A DNA stretch of 64,000 nt from an uncultured bacterium (GCA_963696395.1 CAVOJZ010000002.1:559317-623316), one strand, 5' to 3'; shown: positions 1 through 9,466, counted from the first letter of the stretch. Notes: generated by a model from the letters alone, not told the origin. Numbers and translations are program-made.

Positions 1-1
1 G

Positions 2-358
2 GTGTGGTTCAGGAATTTCCTGTTCGGTTTTTTTATCGTTGTCGCGGAAGTTCTTCTCATCGTGTGGGGGAACCGCGCACCGCGCACCATTGAATTCCTG
101 GTGAGTGATGAAGGTGTAGCAATCGATGTGCACAAGACGTATGGCATCAAAGAGTTTGAAAGCTGGAGCACGGAGTCGCTCAATGACGACTGGAGCGAAC
201 TATTCTTTAACTTTCGGTCGCGCGTGAGGCCGCCGATCAAATTGCTTGTGCCGGCGGACAGGCTCGCGGATCTGCGCACGAACCTGAAGGCGATTCTGAA
301 AGAGGTTGAGCATCAGGCGTCGCTTTTGGATTCCATTGAAAAATTCCTCAGATTTTAG
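2..358 (+). CDS. hypothetical protein (5' partial, runs off window start)
   Basis: Open frame from window edge, 118 codons, hydrophobic N-terminal segment; no recognisable motif. Confidence 0.3.
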   Translation: MWFRNFLFGFFIVVAEVLLIVWGNRAPRTIEFLVSDEGVAIDVHKTYGIKEFESWSTESLNDDWSELFFNFRSRVRPPIKLLVPADRLADLRTNLKAILKEVEHQASLLDSIEKFLRF

Positions 359-377
359 TACCATCAAGTGGCTCGAC

Positions 378-449
378 GCCCTCGTCGTTCAACGGATAGG
401 ACGCAAGATTGCGGATCTTGTAATCGAGGTTCGATTCCTCGCGGGGGCA
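378..449 (+). tRNA. tRNA-Arg, anticodon read as GCG, no encoded CCA
   Basis: Cloverleaf folded by hand: acceptor gccctcg/cgggggc, D-stem gttc/ggac, anticodon stem caaga/tcttg with loop ttGCGga, T-arm cgagg-ttcgatt-cctcg, 72 nt. Confidence 0.65.
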
Positions 450-455
450 CAGACA

Positions 456-558
456 GCAAAAGAATTCTTTGTGAGGGTACGCGTCGCGGTCTGCTGACCG
501 CGCGCTCCATCTCGCCGCCTTCGCGGCTCCGATAGCCCCTCACAAAGAATTCTCTTGC
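456..558. repeat. Family A hairpin element copy A1: 22-bp outer stem enclosing conserved core
   Basis: gcaaaagaattctttgtgaggg pairs with ccctcacaaagaattctcttgc; core ...gcgcggtc-tgct-gaccgcgc...ctcgccgccttcgcggctccgatagc shared with copies at 38040, 39328, 39596. Confidence 0.7.
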
Positions 559-586
559 TGTAGGTGTGGTTTGCTACTATATAGAT

Positions 587-1915
587 ATGAATAAAAAACG
601 AATGCATGAACGGCGCGGGTCGGTGGAGATTATGGTGGTTGTGTTGATCGTCGTAATTATTGCAGCAGCGGCATGGCTTTATCTTGGGCGGAGCAGCAAT
701 CCTTCTTTGGGCGGGCCTCAGGCACAGAACCAACCGGCTGGGCAATCTGCTCTATCTTCCACAATCCCAGCGTCGCAAGGCCAGAATCAGGCATCAAATC
801 CAAACGATCCAACTTCCCAATATACTTTGTTTCGTCCCGCGGGATCTGCGGCGCAGTTGCTTGGTACCTTAGGGAGCCAGTTCAAGGTGCAATTCGTCGC
901 GTTTACAACCATTAAAACGCCCGGTGGCTCTTCATGGCAGTATCCTTTTTTCAATCAATATTTTTATAACGAACAAACAAATTCGGGGTGGACGTATAGC
1001 CTGACTGCGGCAGACGGGAGCGGCTATCTAAAGGCAATATCGCTGAGCATGGATCAATATGGATCGTTTCCGGCGTTAACGATGACGTATCCGGTTATCG
1101 ATCCTGACACGGGGGCGATCGATCATCTTACCGCACAACGGTTATTGCCGACGGAAAATGGAACGATAACATTTTCTCCTGTCGGGAGCGTCCATCCAAC
1201 GGGACGGGTTGTCTTTGTGGTGCCCACGGAAACGACCACCACTACACTGCTCTATCCCGGCGGTACGTTGACGATCGATCTTCAGGATCAAACCATTACT
1301 GCCGTCGTAACGGCTCCAACCGGAGCACCGACCGTTCAAACAAGTCCGATCATGGTTACCGCCGCGCCGCTCTCCTGGTATTCGCAGAATATTCAGACCT
1401 ACACCGATTCTAGCGGTTCGTTTTCCGTTGAATACCCCGGGAGCCTAACCCCTGACGATTCGGTGAACGGGAATTCCGGCAGTTATCTGGACAGCGAGCT
1501 CGTGGACATCTCGAATCCTGACGCGCCGGGATTTATCATCTCACCTCAGGTAAATGGTTCAATCTATGGAATTGATGTGCAATACTCTTCGCCGGTGGAT
1601 CTTTCGGTGTGCGAAAACCCCGGGAATGAAAATACGAATGGAGCAGTGCCGCCGATAACCATCAATAATGTGAATTGGTATAAGGCGACCGTGCTTAGTA
1701 ATGATGGCCTGCCGGCGGGCGGCCAGCAGGGAATCGACGACATCTATCAAACTTCTCAGGGTGGAAAGTGCTGGGCGTTTGATTTCACGTGGGACGCTTC
1801 GAGTGCATCAGCGCCAAGTTACGACGCCGTAAGCATTTTTGAAGAATCATTACTTGGGACATTCCACGTTCTCGATGCAAGCGCACTTCCTGACACGGGA
1901 AATAACGCCGACTAA
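587..1915 (+). CDS. hypothetical secreted/membrane-anchored protein (Thr/Ser-rich)
   Basis: Long ORF; N-terminal TM helix MVVVLIVVIIAAAAWLY; start taken at ATG 587, the upstream ATG at 566 is ~10 nt after the 3' end of the A1 hairpin. Confidence 0.55.
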   Translation: MNKKRMHERRGSVEIMVVVLIVVIIAAAAWLYLGRSSNPSLGGPQAQNQPAGQSALSSTIPASQGQNQASNPNDPTSQYTLFRPAGSAAQLLGTLGSQFKVQFVAFTTIKTPGGSSWQYPFFNQYFYNEQTNSGWTYSLTAADGSGYLKAISLSMDQYGSFPALTMTYPVIDPDTGAIDHLTAQRLLPTENGTITFSPVGSVHPTGRVVFVVPTETTTTTLLYPGGTLTIDLQDQTITAVVTAPTGAPTVQTSPIMVTAAPLSWYSQNIQTYTDSSGSFSVEYPGSLTPDDSVNGNSGSYLDSELVDISNPDAPGFIISPQVNGSIYGIDVQYSSPVDLSVCENPGNENTNGAVPPITINNVNWYKATVLSNDGLPAGGQQGIDDIYQTSQGGKCWAFDFTWDASSASAPSYDAVSIFEESLLGTFHVLDASALPDTGNNAD

Positions 1916-1945
1916 GATTGCAGAAAAGTCTTTCTTTCCGCCGCT

Positions 1946-2986
1946 TTAATCCAGGCCGCTGTTCGCGTAGGACGCAACGGTGTCCCACGTGGTATGCGAT
2001 ATTGCCGAGATGGTTTGCGTAAGGCTCGCAAGGTTGGTGCCTTTGGTCATCACGCAGAGAATGTACGGATGATTCGGATAATAAACGATACCGCAATCCG
2101 AGAGCGTGATTTCGGGTGTTATTGGATTGCTGCCGTCCACACTCTCACCGAATTTGTGCGCTATCACGGTGCCGCTCGGAAGTCCCGCGACGAGGCCCTG
2201 GCTGTATCTGGCTTGCGCCATGATTCCCAAAGCCTTCTCGGAATATTCGCGGCTCAAATAGGTTGCATTGAATAATGCTTTCAGGATTGTGGAATATTGC
2301 TTTGCCGAAATGGTATAGGTGGAATAATCCTGTGTCACATCAAGATACGAGAATCCCAGATCAGTTGATATTTCGCTCAGGCTGCTCGCGGAAATGTTAT
2401 CGATCAGAGCATTCTTTGCGCCGTTGTCGGAATTCTCAATCATCGCTTCGATGAGTTGTTCCACGGTATAGGTTCCTCCAACTTGAAGATCCGAGGGCGT
2501 CTCAAACGGTATGCCGTTGAGTTGATCCGCCGTGGATGAGGAATAGAGCAACGTCTGTTGCAGGATCGACGGATCAGCCTCAGCCTCTTTATAGTAGGCG
2601 ATCATGAGCACCACCTTCATCATGCTGCCGGGAGCAAAGCCGGTGTTCTCGTTTATGCCGCTCCAACGTCCAAGGGAAAGATCGCGGAAATAAAAACCGT
2701 AGGCATCCGGCGGCGAGCTGGTCTCGGAGGAGACCACGGCGCTCACGGCTGATTGCAGGGGACTGTATTCGTCGATTTCCTGTATCGTGTTCGGAAGGTC
2801 GTATCCGAGAAGCGGATTGATGAAGTGGTAACTATTGTCGGTCTGCCGCATCGGTTTGATTTGCAAAGCGATGGCGGCAAGTTGGGAATTGAGACTGCTG
2901 TACCAAAAAATGGAAGCGACGGCGGCTCCGCCAACGAAGGCGCCGCAGTATTTCGCGGCGGTTTTCCATTGAACATTTAGCTTCAT
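1946..2986 (-). CDS. serine hydrolase of beta-lactamase / D-Ala-D-Ala carboxypeptidase type
   Basis: SxxK (SMMK), SDN (ENSDNG) and KxG-like (KFG) motifs in order; N-terminal TM/signal. Confidence 0.6.
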   Translation of the reverse strand: MKLNVQWKTAAKYCGAFVGGAAVASIFWYSSLNSQLAAIALQIKPMRQTDNSYHFINPLLGYDLPNTIQEIDEYSPLQSAVSAVVSSETSSPPDAYGFYFRDLSLGRWSGINENTGFAPGSMMKVVLMIAYYKEAEADPSILQQTLLYSSSTADQLNGIPFETPSDLQVGGTYTVEQLIEAMIENSDNGAKNALIDNISASSLSEISTDLGFSYLDVTQDYSTYTISAKQYSTILKALFNATYLSREYSEKALGIMAQARYSQGLVAGLPSGTVIAHKFGESVDGSNPITPEITLSDCGIVYYPNHPYILCVMTKGTNLASLTQTISAISHTTWDTVASYANSGLD

Positions 2987-3045
2987 TACCGATTATTATA
3001 GAATAGATTGATATTTTCGGAAAACCGTATACAATAATTCCGTAA

Positions 3046-3117
3046 GCGGGTATCGTATAGCGGCTATTATGTAACCTTGCCAAGGTTAAGATACGGGTTC
3101 GACTCCCGTTACCCGCT
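3046..3117 (+). tRNA. tRNA-Gly (GCC), no encoded CCA
   Basis: Acceptor gcgggta/tacccgc, anticodon stem taacc/ggtta loop ttGCCaa, T-arm acggg-ttcgact-cccgt. Confidence 0.75.
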
Positions 3118-3120
3118 CAG

Positions 3121-3912
3121 ATGATTATTGAAGTCAAAAATCTTACAAAGCGATTCGGGAGTTTTGTCGCCGTGGACGACGTCTCATTCGGCGTTGAACG
3201 GGGGGAAATTTTCGCGTGCCTTGGGCCGAATGGCGCAGGAAAAAGCACGACCATAAAGATGTTGATCACGCTTCTTGCGCCGACATCCGGCAATGCGGTG
3301 ATCAACGGGCACGACATCGTGCACCACGCCGCCGAGGTGCGGAACTCAATCGGCTATGTCCCGCAGGCGATCTCGGTTGACGGCACGCTCACGGCATATG
3401 AAAACCTTGTGCTCTTCGCCCGCCTCTACGACATCCCACGCACCGAACGCGCCGGACGCATCAAGGAAGCGCTCGCATTTTTGAAACTTGAAGACCACGC
3501 AAATGCCCTCGTCAGGACTTTTTCCGGCGGCATGATCCGCAAAATGGAAATCGGCCAGGCGATGTTGCATCGTCCTGCGGTGCTCTTTCTCGACGAACCG
3601 ACGACCGGCCTTGATCCCATTGCCCAGCAGAGCGTCTGGGGTCACCTTTCGGATTTGCGCGAAACCGGAACAACTATATTTTTTTCAACGCACAACATGG
3701 AAGAGGCGGATGGCGTGAGCGATCGCGTTGCCATCATGAACCAGGGGAAAATTGCTATCATCGGATCGGTGCCGGAACTGAAAGCAAAAACAAACAAGCA
3801 GAACGCGACGCTCGAGGATGCGTTTATCTTCTTTACCGGCAACACTATGAAGGAAACAGGAAACTTCCGTGAAATACGGAAGATGCGGCAAAACGAACGA
3901 AGACTTGGATAA
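3121..3912 (+). CDS. ABC transporter ATP-binding protein
   Basis: Walker A GPNGAGKST, signature LSGGM, Walker B LFLDEPTTGLD. Confidence 0.9.
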   Translation: MIIEVKNLTKRFGSFVAVDDVSFGVERGEIFACLGPNGAGKSTTIKMLITLLAPTSGNAVINGHDIVHHAAEVRNSIGYVPQAISVDGTLTAYENLVLFARLYDIPRTERAGRIKEALAFLKLEDHANALVRTFSGGMIRKMEIGQAMLHRPAVLFLDEPTTGLDPIAQQSVWGHLSDLRETGTTIFFSTHNMEEADGVSDRVAIMNQGKIAIIGSVPELKAKTNKQNATLEDAFIFFTGNTMKETGNFREIRKMRQNERRLG

Positions 3913-3917
3913 CGAAT

Positions 3918-4694
3918 ATGATCAACTATCTTTATGAAACGATAAAAAAATCGTATGTCATGGCCGAGATGGAGGCCCGCAAACTGATCCATGACCCGAC
4001 CGAGCTTATCTCGCGCGCCGTTCAGCCGATTTTGTGGCTCGGCATTTTCGGTGAAGCGTTGAGTAAGGTCCGTGCGATACCAACGGGAGGGCTCACGTAT
4101 CTTCAATTTATCACGCCGGGAATTCTCACGCAGTCGGTGACCTTCGTCGCCATTTTCTACGGCCTCTATATCATCATGGACCGCGACACCGGCATATTGC
4201 AGAAATTGCTCGTAACGCCGACGCCGCGCCTCGCGCTCGTGTGGGGAAAAATGATTTCCGCCGGTTTGCGCGGGTTGAGCCAGGCGCTCATCGTATTTAT
4301 TTTTGCGCTCATCCTCGGCGTGCAACTGCAGATTTCGCTGTGGTCCATTATTGGCGTGATCATCATCGTGATGTTGGGTGCCGCGGTTTTCACGGGCATT
4401 TCCATGATCATTGCCTCGATCGTAAAAACGAGGGAGCGGTTTATGGGCATCGGGCAAGTGATCACGCTCCCGCTTTTCTTCGCCTCGAACGCAATTTATC
4501 CGGTTTCGATTATGCCGGGATGGTTGCAGGTTGTCGCGAATATTAATCCATTGAGCTATATGGTTGACGGCTTGCGGGCTCTCATGCTGACCGGCAGCGG
4601 CGCAGGCGTCGGCTTCGACATCGGCGTTCTCGCGATTGTTGCGCTCCTCATCTCCTTCCTCAGCGCATGGATGTATCCGAAAGTGGTGATATAA
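3918..4694 (+). CDS. ABC-2 type transporter permease
   Basis: Six hydrophobic segments, 4-nt gap after ATPase gene, typical ABC-2 permease size. Confidence 0.8.
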   Translation: MINYLYETIKKSYVMAEMEARKLIHDPTELISRAVQPILWLGIFGEALSKVRAIPTGGLTYLQFITPGILTQSVTFVAIFYGLYIIMDRDTGILQKLLVTPTPRLALVWGKMISAGLRGLSQALIVFIFALILGVQLQISLWSIIGVIIIVMLGAAVFTGISMIIASIVKTRERFMGIGQVITLPLFFASNAIYPVSIMPGWLQVVANINPLSYMVDGLRALMLTGSGAGVGFDIGVLAIVALLISFLSAWMYPKVVI

Positions 4695-4701
4695 TGGCTC
4701 C

Positions 4702-5418
4702 ATGAATCCATCAACAAAGAAGACGCTGATCTATGTTCTCATTGTTCTTGTGGCCGCAATCGTCATCGGCGTAATCGCGTGGTCTTCCCGCCCTGCAGAG
4801 ACTCCCGCGAGTGTTTCGACAACTGGAACGCCTTCCGGAGTGACGACAACAACAACGACGTCCACGGCACCTTCAGCAACGGCATCCTCCTCGATCAGCG
4901 CACAGGCATCTTCCACGGGCGGCCTCACGGTTAAGGTGAGTCCGATTGTTCCCTCTGCCACGTCAACCTCGTGGGAATCGTATACGGCCAAAACCGTCAA
5001 GGTTGCTTTTAGCGTTCCGCCAGGCTGGGCACCGGGTCCAAATATCCCGATCTCGATTGATAATTTTAATCATCAATATCAAGGCGATTCGATTATTCCG
5101 CCGGGCGGCGCCGAGATCGATATCGTGAGCACTAACTATTCGGGTTTGCTTGCCGACCTTATCAAAACAGAGACCATGAGCGGAACCGTAAACGCAACAA
5201 GCACGGTTTCCGTCGAAGGAGTTTCGTGCGCAAAGGTTATGTATAGCTCAAGCTATGCGAGCGGCTATCCTTCAAGCAATGTTGCCGTATACTGTCAGGA
5301 TGCGGCAAATGGCTTGCTTTACAAATTCTATCTTTCATATCCCTCCGGTGATTCGAAAGGGACGCAGGACCTTGCGGTGTTCGGACAGTTTTTAGGTAAG
5401 GTCCAGTTCACTCAATGA
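4702..5418 (+). CDS. hypothetical membrane-anchored Ser/Thr-rich protein
   Basis: N-terminal TM then low-complexity T/S tract; no catalytic motif. Confidence 0.5.
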   Translation: MNPSTKKTLIYVLIVLVAAIVIGVIAWSSRPAETPASVSTTGTPSGVTTTTTTSTAPSATASSSISAQASSTGGLTVKVSPIVPSATSTSWESYTAKTVKVAFSVPPGWAPGPNIPISIDNFNHQYQGDSIIPPGGAEIDIVSTNYSGLLADLIKTETMSGTVNATSTVSVEGVSCAKVMYSSSYASGYPSSNVAVYCQDAANGLLYKFYLSYPSGDSKGTQDLAVFGQFLGKVQFTQ

Positions 5419-5900
5419 TCTCTATTATTGCTGCCATCGGTAAAAATCGGGAGCTGGGCTTTAAAGATAAATTGCTGTGGCGACTCCCGGACGATTTGAA
5501 GCGATTTAAAAAGATCACAACCGGGCATGCTATCGTGATGGGGCGGAAGACCTATGAAACGATCGGCAGGCCTTTGCCTGACCGAAAAAATATTGTGATC
5601 ACGAGGAACGATGCATATCTTGCGCCCGGATGTATTGTGGTTTCGTCGCTCGATGAAGCCATAGAAGCCGCAGGCGGGGATTCTGAAGTTTTCGTGATGG
5701 GCGGCGGCGAGATCTACGCCCTCGCGCTCGCAAGCGCCGACCGGATGTATCTCACCTTCGTGGATGCCGCGACGCCTGCAGACACGTTTTTCCCGGAATT
5801 TAATGCAGCGGATTGGAAGCTGGTATCGGAGGAGCCTCACGCCGCCGACGATAGGCACGCATACCCCTTTGTTTTCCGGATTTACGACCGAAAACGGTAG
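5415..5900 (+). CDS. folA: dihydrofolate reductase
   Basis: MISIIAAIGKNRELG...LLWRLPDDLKRFKKITTGHAIVMGRKTYETIG is the canonical DHFR N-terminal signature. Confidence 0.9.
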   Translation: MISIIAAIGKNRELGFKDKLLWRLPDDLKRFKKITTGHAIVMGRKTYETIGRPLPDRKNIVITRNDAYLAPGCIVVSSLDEAIEAAGGDSEVFVMGGGEIYALALASADRMYLTFVDAATPADTFFPEFNAADWKLVSEEPHAADDRHAYPFVFRIYDRKR

Positions 5901-5951
5901 GCGTTGCGGGAAAGAATTGTAAAACTCACACCGGTGCGATAGACTTTTCCT

Positions 5952-6839
5952 ATGAAACCACTTGCAGAACGAACGCCGGATCCGCAATATCAGAATTTGC
6001 TGCGCAAAATTTTTGAAGAGGGTACCGAGGTTCTGCCGATCCACGGAGAGAAAGCACGTATGCTTGTGGGCCAGCAATTGCGTTACAAAATGGAGAACGG
6101 TTTTCCCGTGATCACCGAGCGCGATCTTTCCGGTTCGTTTTTAAAAGGCGCACTTGCTGAGCACATTGCGTTTTTGCATGGCGCCCGGACACAGGCGCAG
6201 CTCGAAGCTTTTGGTTGCAAATGGTGGAGCAAGTGGGTCACAAAGGAGAAATGTGATATCTTCGGATTGCCGGAAGGAGATCTCGGAGACGGATCATACG
6301 GTGCCGCATGGGCGAGCTTTCCCACGAAAGAAGGTGAGCCGTTCAACCAGATCAAGCATCTCGTCCAGCAAATAAAGGAGCGGCCTTATCTTCGCACGCA
6401 TTTCCTTTCGCCATGGATTCCGCAATACACGCTTCAGCATGAGGGTCTCACGCGGAAGGTGGTTGTTGCGCCATGCCATGGATGGATCCACGTGCTGTGT
6501 TTCCCTGAAACGAAGGAGCTCGTCATCCACCACTTCCAGCGGAGCGCTGATTTTCCCGTTGGCGTACCATTCAACATCATCCAATATGCGGCGTTCGGGC
6601 TGATGCTTGGACAGGAGATCGGTTACTCGCTTCGCGAGGTTGTCTACACTTTTTCAGACGTTCATATTTACGAAAGCCAGTACGAGAAGGTAAAAGAACT
6701 TTTGATGCGTGAGCCCCGGCGTCTTGGCACCGTCACGCTCGACCCTTCCATAAAAAGCATTTTTGATTTCCGACCGGAACATTTTACACTCACGGATTAC
6801 GAGCCGCATCCGAAAATGCTGATTCCGACACCGGTATAG
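5952..6839 (+). CDS. thyA: thymidylate synthase (ThyA type)
   Basis: Catalytic PCHGW motif, FPVG..PFNI region, length 295 aa. Confidence 0.9.
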   Translation: MKPLAERTPDPQYQNLLRKIFEEGTEVLPIHGEKARMLVGQQLRYKMENGFPVITERDLSGSFLKGALAEHIAFLHGARTQAQLEAFGCKWWSKWVTKEKCDIFGLPEGDLGDGSYGAAWASFPTKEGEPFNQIKHLVQQIKERPYLRTHFLSPWIPQYTLQHEGLTRKVVVAPCHGWIHVLCFPETKELVIHHFQRSADFPVGVPFNIIQYAAFGLMLGQEIGYSLREVVYTFSDVHIYESQYEKVKELLMREPRRLGTVTLDPSIKSIFDFRPEHFTLTDYEPHPKMLIPTPV

Positions 6840-6850
6840 CCATTATTGCC

Positions 6851-7306
6851 ATGAGTGATTTTGTGAACCACGAAAATACGGCCGCCCGTCCCGACGGCAC
6901 GAAGGGCGTCTATGGGAAGGTTATCGAAAAGATAAAAAAAGACGGCGTGTGCCCATTTTGCCCCGAAAACCTTGCGGTCTATCACCCCAACCCCATCCTG
7001 AAGGATGGTTTATACTGGCTCCTTACGAAAAATGCGTACCCCTATGAAGGCGCAAAATATCACATGCTCATCATCCATAAAAAACACATCACAAGCATGC
7101 GCGACGTTTCGCCGGAGGCCTGGGATGAATTGAAGGCGCTTGTTGATGGATTTGTTGCGGAAGAGAAGATTCCCGGGGGGTCGTTCCTGATGCGGTTTGG
7201 GAAAACCGCCTACACCGGCGCGAGCGTGAGTCATCTTCACGCCAACTTTGTTTCACCGGATGGCGAGGACAAGGATCGCAAGCCGATTGTTGCGCGGATT
7301 GGATAG
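6851..7306 (+). CDS. HIT-like superfamily protein (HxHxN variant of histidine triad)
   Basis: C-terminal SVSHLHANFV resembles the HIT triad with the third His replaced by Asn; CPFC upstream. Confidence 0.5.
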   Translation: MSDFVNHENTAARPDGTKGVYGKVIEKIKKDGVCPFCPENLAVYHPNPILKDGLYWLLTKNAYPYEGAKYHMLIIHKKHITSMRDVSPEAWDELKALVDGFVAEEKIPGGSFLMRFGKTAYTGASVSHLHANFVSPDGEDKDRKPIVARIG

Positions 7307-7308
7307 CC

Positions 7309-8154
7309 CTATTTCACCATTACAATTCTCACTCCGAACATTTTTAGAACATCTTCTGCGTCGAGCATGGAATATCCCTTTGCGTAATAAACTTCTTTGA
7401 TCCCGGCGACGGCGACTGACTTTGCACATGTTGGGCAGGGAAATGTGCTTACAAAGAGCGATGCTCCTTCGAGCGGGATTCCTTTCTTGGCAGCAAGCGC
7501 AATGAGTTGGGCTTCAGCGTGAATGAATTTGCCGAGATCTTTATATTGTGCGTCGCCCGCATCAAAGTTGCTGCGTGGGTCACCGAAAATGTTTGGCGTC
7601 TGGTCTGCGGGTAGAGGATTATTGTGCGCCAGAAGCACCGCGCGTTTATCGCGAATCAGGATTGCGCCAACCTGTCGCCACCAATCGGGACTTTTTTTTG
7701 CTTCTGCCAGTGCGTCCGCCATCACGGCCCTGTCGAATGCTTCCTCCGATATTATTCGGTCGGGCGCAACCTCGAATTCGGTAGTGGAAATCTGCCGGTT
7801 CCAGCGAAGGAAGACCGGAACAAACTCTATGTGTATCCCGCCAAGATGATTTTCGGCGAACACGCGGTTTGCTTCATCGTCCGGCGCATAGAGAGCGACC
7901 GCCGAGAGACCGCTTTTAAACTCGTCAAGATTTTTTTTATCTAAAATTACTACTTTTTGAAAAATCCCGAGACCCTCAATAAGAAGTTTTACTTCCTCCG
8001 GCGTAAGCGCACGAATATCGCGCTCGAGGCGGGGTGCTTCCTTAGTGAAGTCACTTCCGAGAATATAAAGAGAGCCGCCCAAAGCATACTTTTTAAAAAA
8101 ATCGATGTAGCCTCGGTGCAATGCGGGGATATAGGAGATGATGGCGTTTTCCAT
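7309..8154 (-). CDS. dCMP/cytidine-deaminase-domain protein with ~140-aa N-terminal extension
   Basis: Zinc-deaminase motifs HAEAQLI and PCPTCAKS in C-terminal half; N-terminal half has no recognisable motif. Confidence 0.7.
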   Translation of the reverse strand: MENAIISYIPALHRGYIDFFKKYALGGSLYILGSDFTKEAPRLERDIRALTPEEVKLLIEGLGIFQKVVILDKKNLDEFKSGLSAVALYAPDDEANRVFAENHLGGIHIEFVPVFLRWNRQISTTEFEVAPDRIISEEAFDRAVMADALAEAKKSPDWWRQVGAILIRDKRAVLLAHNNPLPADQTPNIFGDPRSNFDAGDAQYKDLGKFIHAEAQLIALAAKKGIPLEGASLFVSTFPCPTCAKSVAVAGIKEVYYAKGYSMLDAEDVLKMFGVRIVMVK

Positions 8155-8158
8155 AATG

Positions 8159-8788
8159 TTATCCCTGCCTGATTTTGTTCAGAAAATCTTCGGTCAATTT
8201 TTCGACTTCCCGCGCCAATTTTTCGGCACCTTCCATGGTGAGGTCGCGGATGCGAGCCGTTGTGCTGGTCGGTGCCTGCGGAGGAAGAATGATGATTTTC
8301 TTGCAGTAGGCATCATAGGTTCCCTTCGCCAGATCTCTTTTGAAGTCCTCAGTGCTGGTTGATGTTACGAGAACGTCTGGCTGGATAAGCCGGATGAGTT
8401 CTCCGATGTCCTGCCCTGCTTCGCGGATTGTCACGATGTCAACATGGCGGAGGTGGATGAGCATTTGTACCCGCTCCCGCTGTGGAACGATCGGGCGGTT
8501 TGGCCCCTTCCGAATTTTAGTGAGCTCGTCCGAGTCGACGCCCACGATTAGGACGTCTCCATAGGTTTTTGCCGCCTCAAGATAGAGTGCGTGTCCTTCA
8601 TGGATAAGATCATAGACGCCCTGTGTCAATACGATTTTTGCGCCTTGGTTCTTGAGTTCTTTTACTATGACATCAAGTTTTTTATGGTCGGGGATATACC
8701 GATCATTAAAATTCGCTTTGTTCTCCAGGATCTTCTTTGTTGAACCGGTCGCCGTTGTAGCCATATTAATAGAAGAAGTATAGACCAA
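8159..8788 (-). CDS. cytidylyltransferase-like nucleotidyltransferase (HxGH class)
   Basis: GVYDLIHEGH motif typical of the HIGH nucleotidyltransferases (TagD / RfaE domain II / FAD synthase-like). Confidence 0.6.
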   Translation of the reverse strand: MVYTSSINMATTATGSTKKILENKANFNDRYIPDHKKLDVIVKELKNQGAKIVLTQGVYDLIHEGHALYLEAAKTYGDVLIVGVDSDELTKIRKGPNRPIVPQRERVQMLIHLRHVDIVTIREAGQDIGELIRLIQPDVLVTSTSTEDFKRDLAKGTYDAYCKKIIILPPQAPTSTTARIRDLTMEGAEKLAREVEKLTEDFLNKIRQG

Positions 8789-8920
8789 AACCGCTTTTGA
8801 CGAAAAGACCCGAGACGCCTATGATAAACGTATATGAAGATGCCCTAGTTCGTAGGGCATTTTTAATGAAAAGACCGGAAAAAGCCGCAAGTAACTTATC
8901 CACAACCTTTAACGTTTTAC

Positions 8921-9466
8921 ATGGTAGATGGCGAAGAAAAGTTAATAAAAGACGCCATCCGGGGCAGCTCCTCGGCTTTTGGGGTTCTCTACGACCACTA
9001 TCAGCCGATGATCTACCGGTTTGTGCTGGTTAAGGTGGCCGGGCGCGCAGAAGCGGAAGATATCACCCATCAGACGTTCCTTTCGGCCTGGCAGAATGTC
9101 CGAACCTACAAACATCGGGGCCATCCCTTCTCAAGCTGGTTGTACCAGATTGCAAGGAACCAGGTCATTGACCACTATCGCGCAAAAAAGGGCGATGTGA
9201 GTATTGACGCAGTGGACCCCGAATATTTCGTAGCGCAGGCATCCATCACGATGGATCTTGCCGGGAAGCTTGAGATGGAAAAAGTTCGGCAGGCAGTCCA
9301 GAAACTGAAGCCGGATTATCAGGATGTGATCATCATGCGCTTCATCGAAGATATTTCGCTCAAGGAAACCGCCTTGGCAATGGGCAAGAGCGAAGGAGCC
9401 GTAAAATTGATTCAGCATCGAGCCATCAAAGAACTTCAAAAGTTATTAGACGCAACACAGCGATGA
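8921..9466 (+). CDS. ECF (sigma-24 type) RNA polymerase sigma factor
   Basis: Region 2 (FLSAWQNVRTY, WLYQIARNQVIDHYR) and region 4 HTH (LKETALAMGKSEGAVKLIQHRAIKEL). Confidence 0.85.
   Translation: MVDGEEKLIKDAIRGSSSAFGVLYDHYQPMIYRFVLVKVAGRAEAEDITHQTFLSAWQNVRTYKHRGHPFSSWLYQIARNQVIDHYRAKKGDVSIDAVDPEYFVAQASITMDLAGKLEMEKVRQAVQKLKPDYQDVIIMRFIEDISLKETALAMGKSEGAVKLIQHRAIKELQKLLDATQR

Noticed and set aside
456-558. Family A element as a retron msr/msd, integron attC site or CRISPR repeat
   Set aside because: No RT or integrase nearby. attC sites conserve the outer R boxes and vary in the middle, which is the opposite of what is seen here. There is no regular repeat-spacer periodicity.
389-745. Minus-strand 118-aa ORF spanning tRNA-Arg and the A1 element
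   Set aside because: Overlaps a tRNA and a palindromic repeat, with no coding signal.
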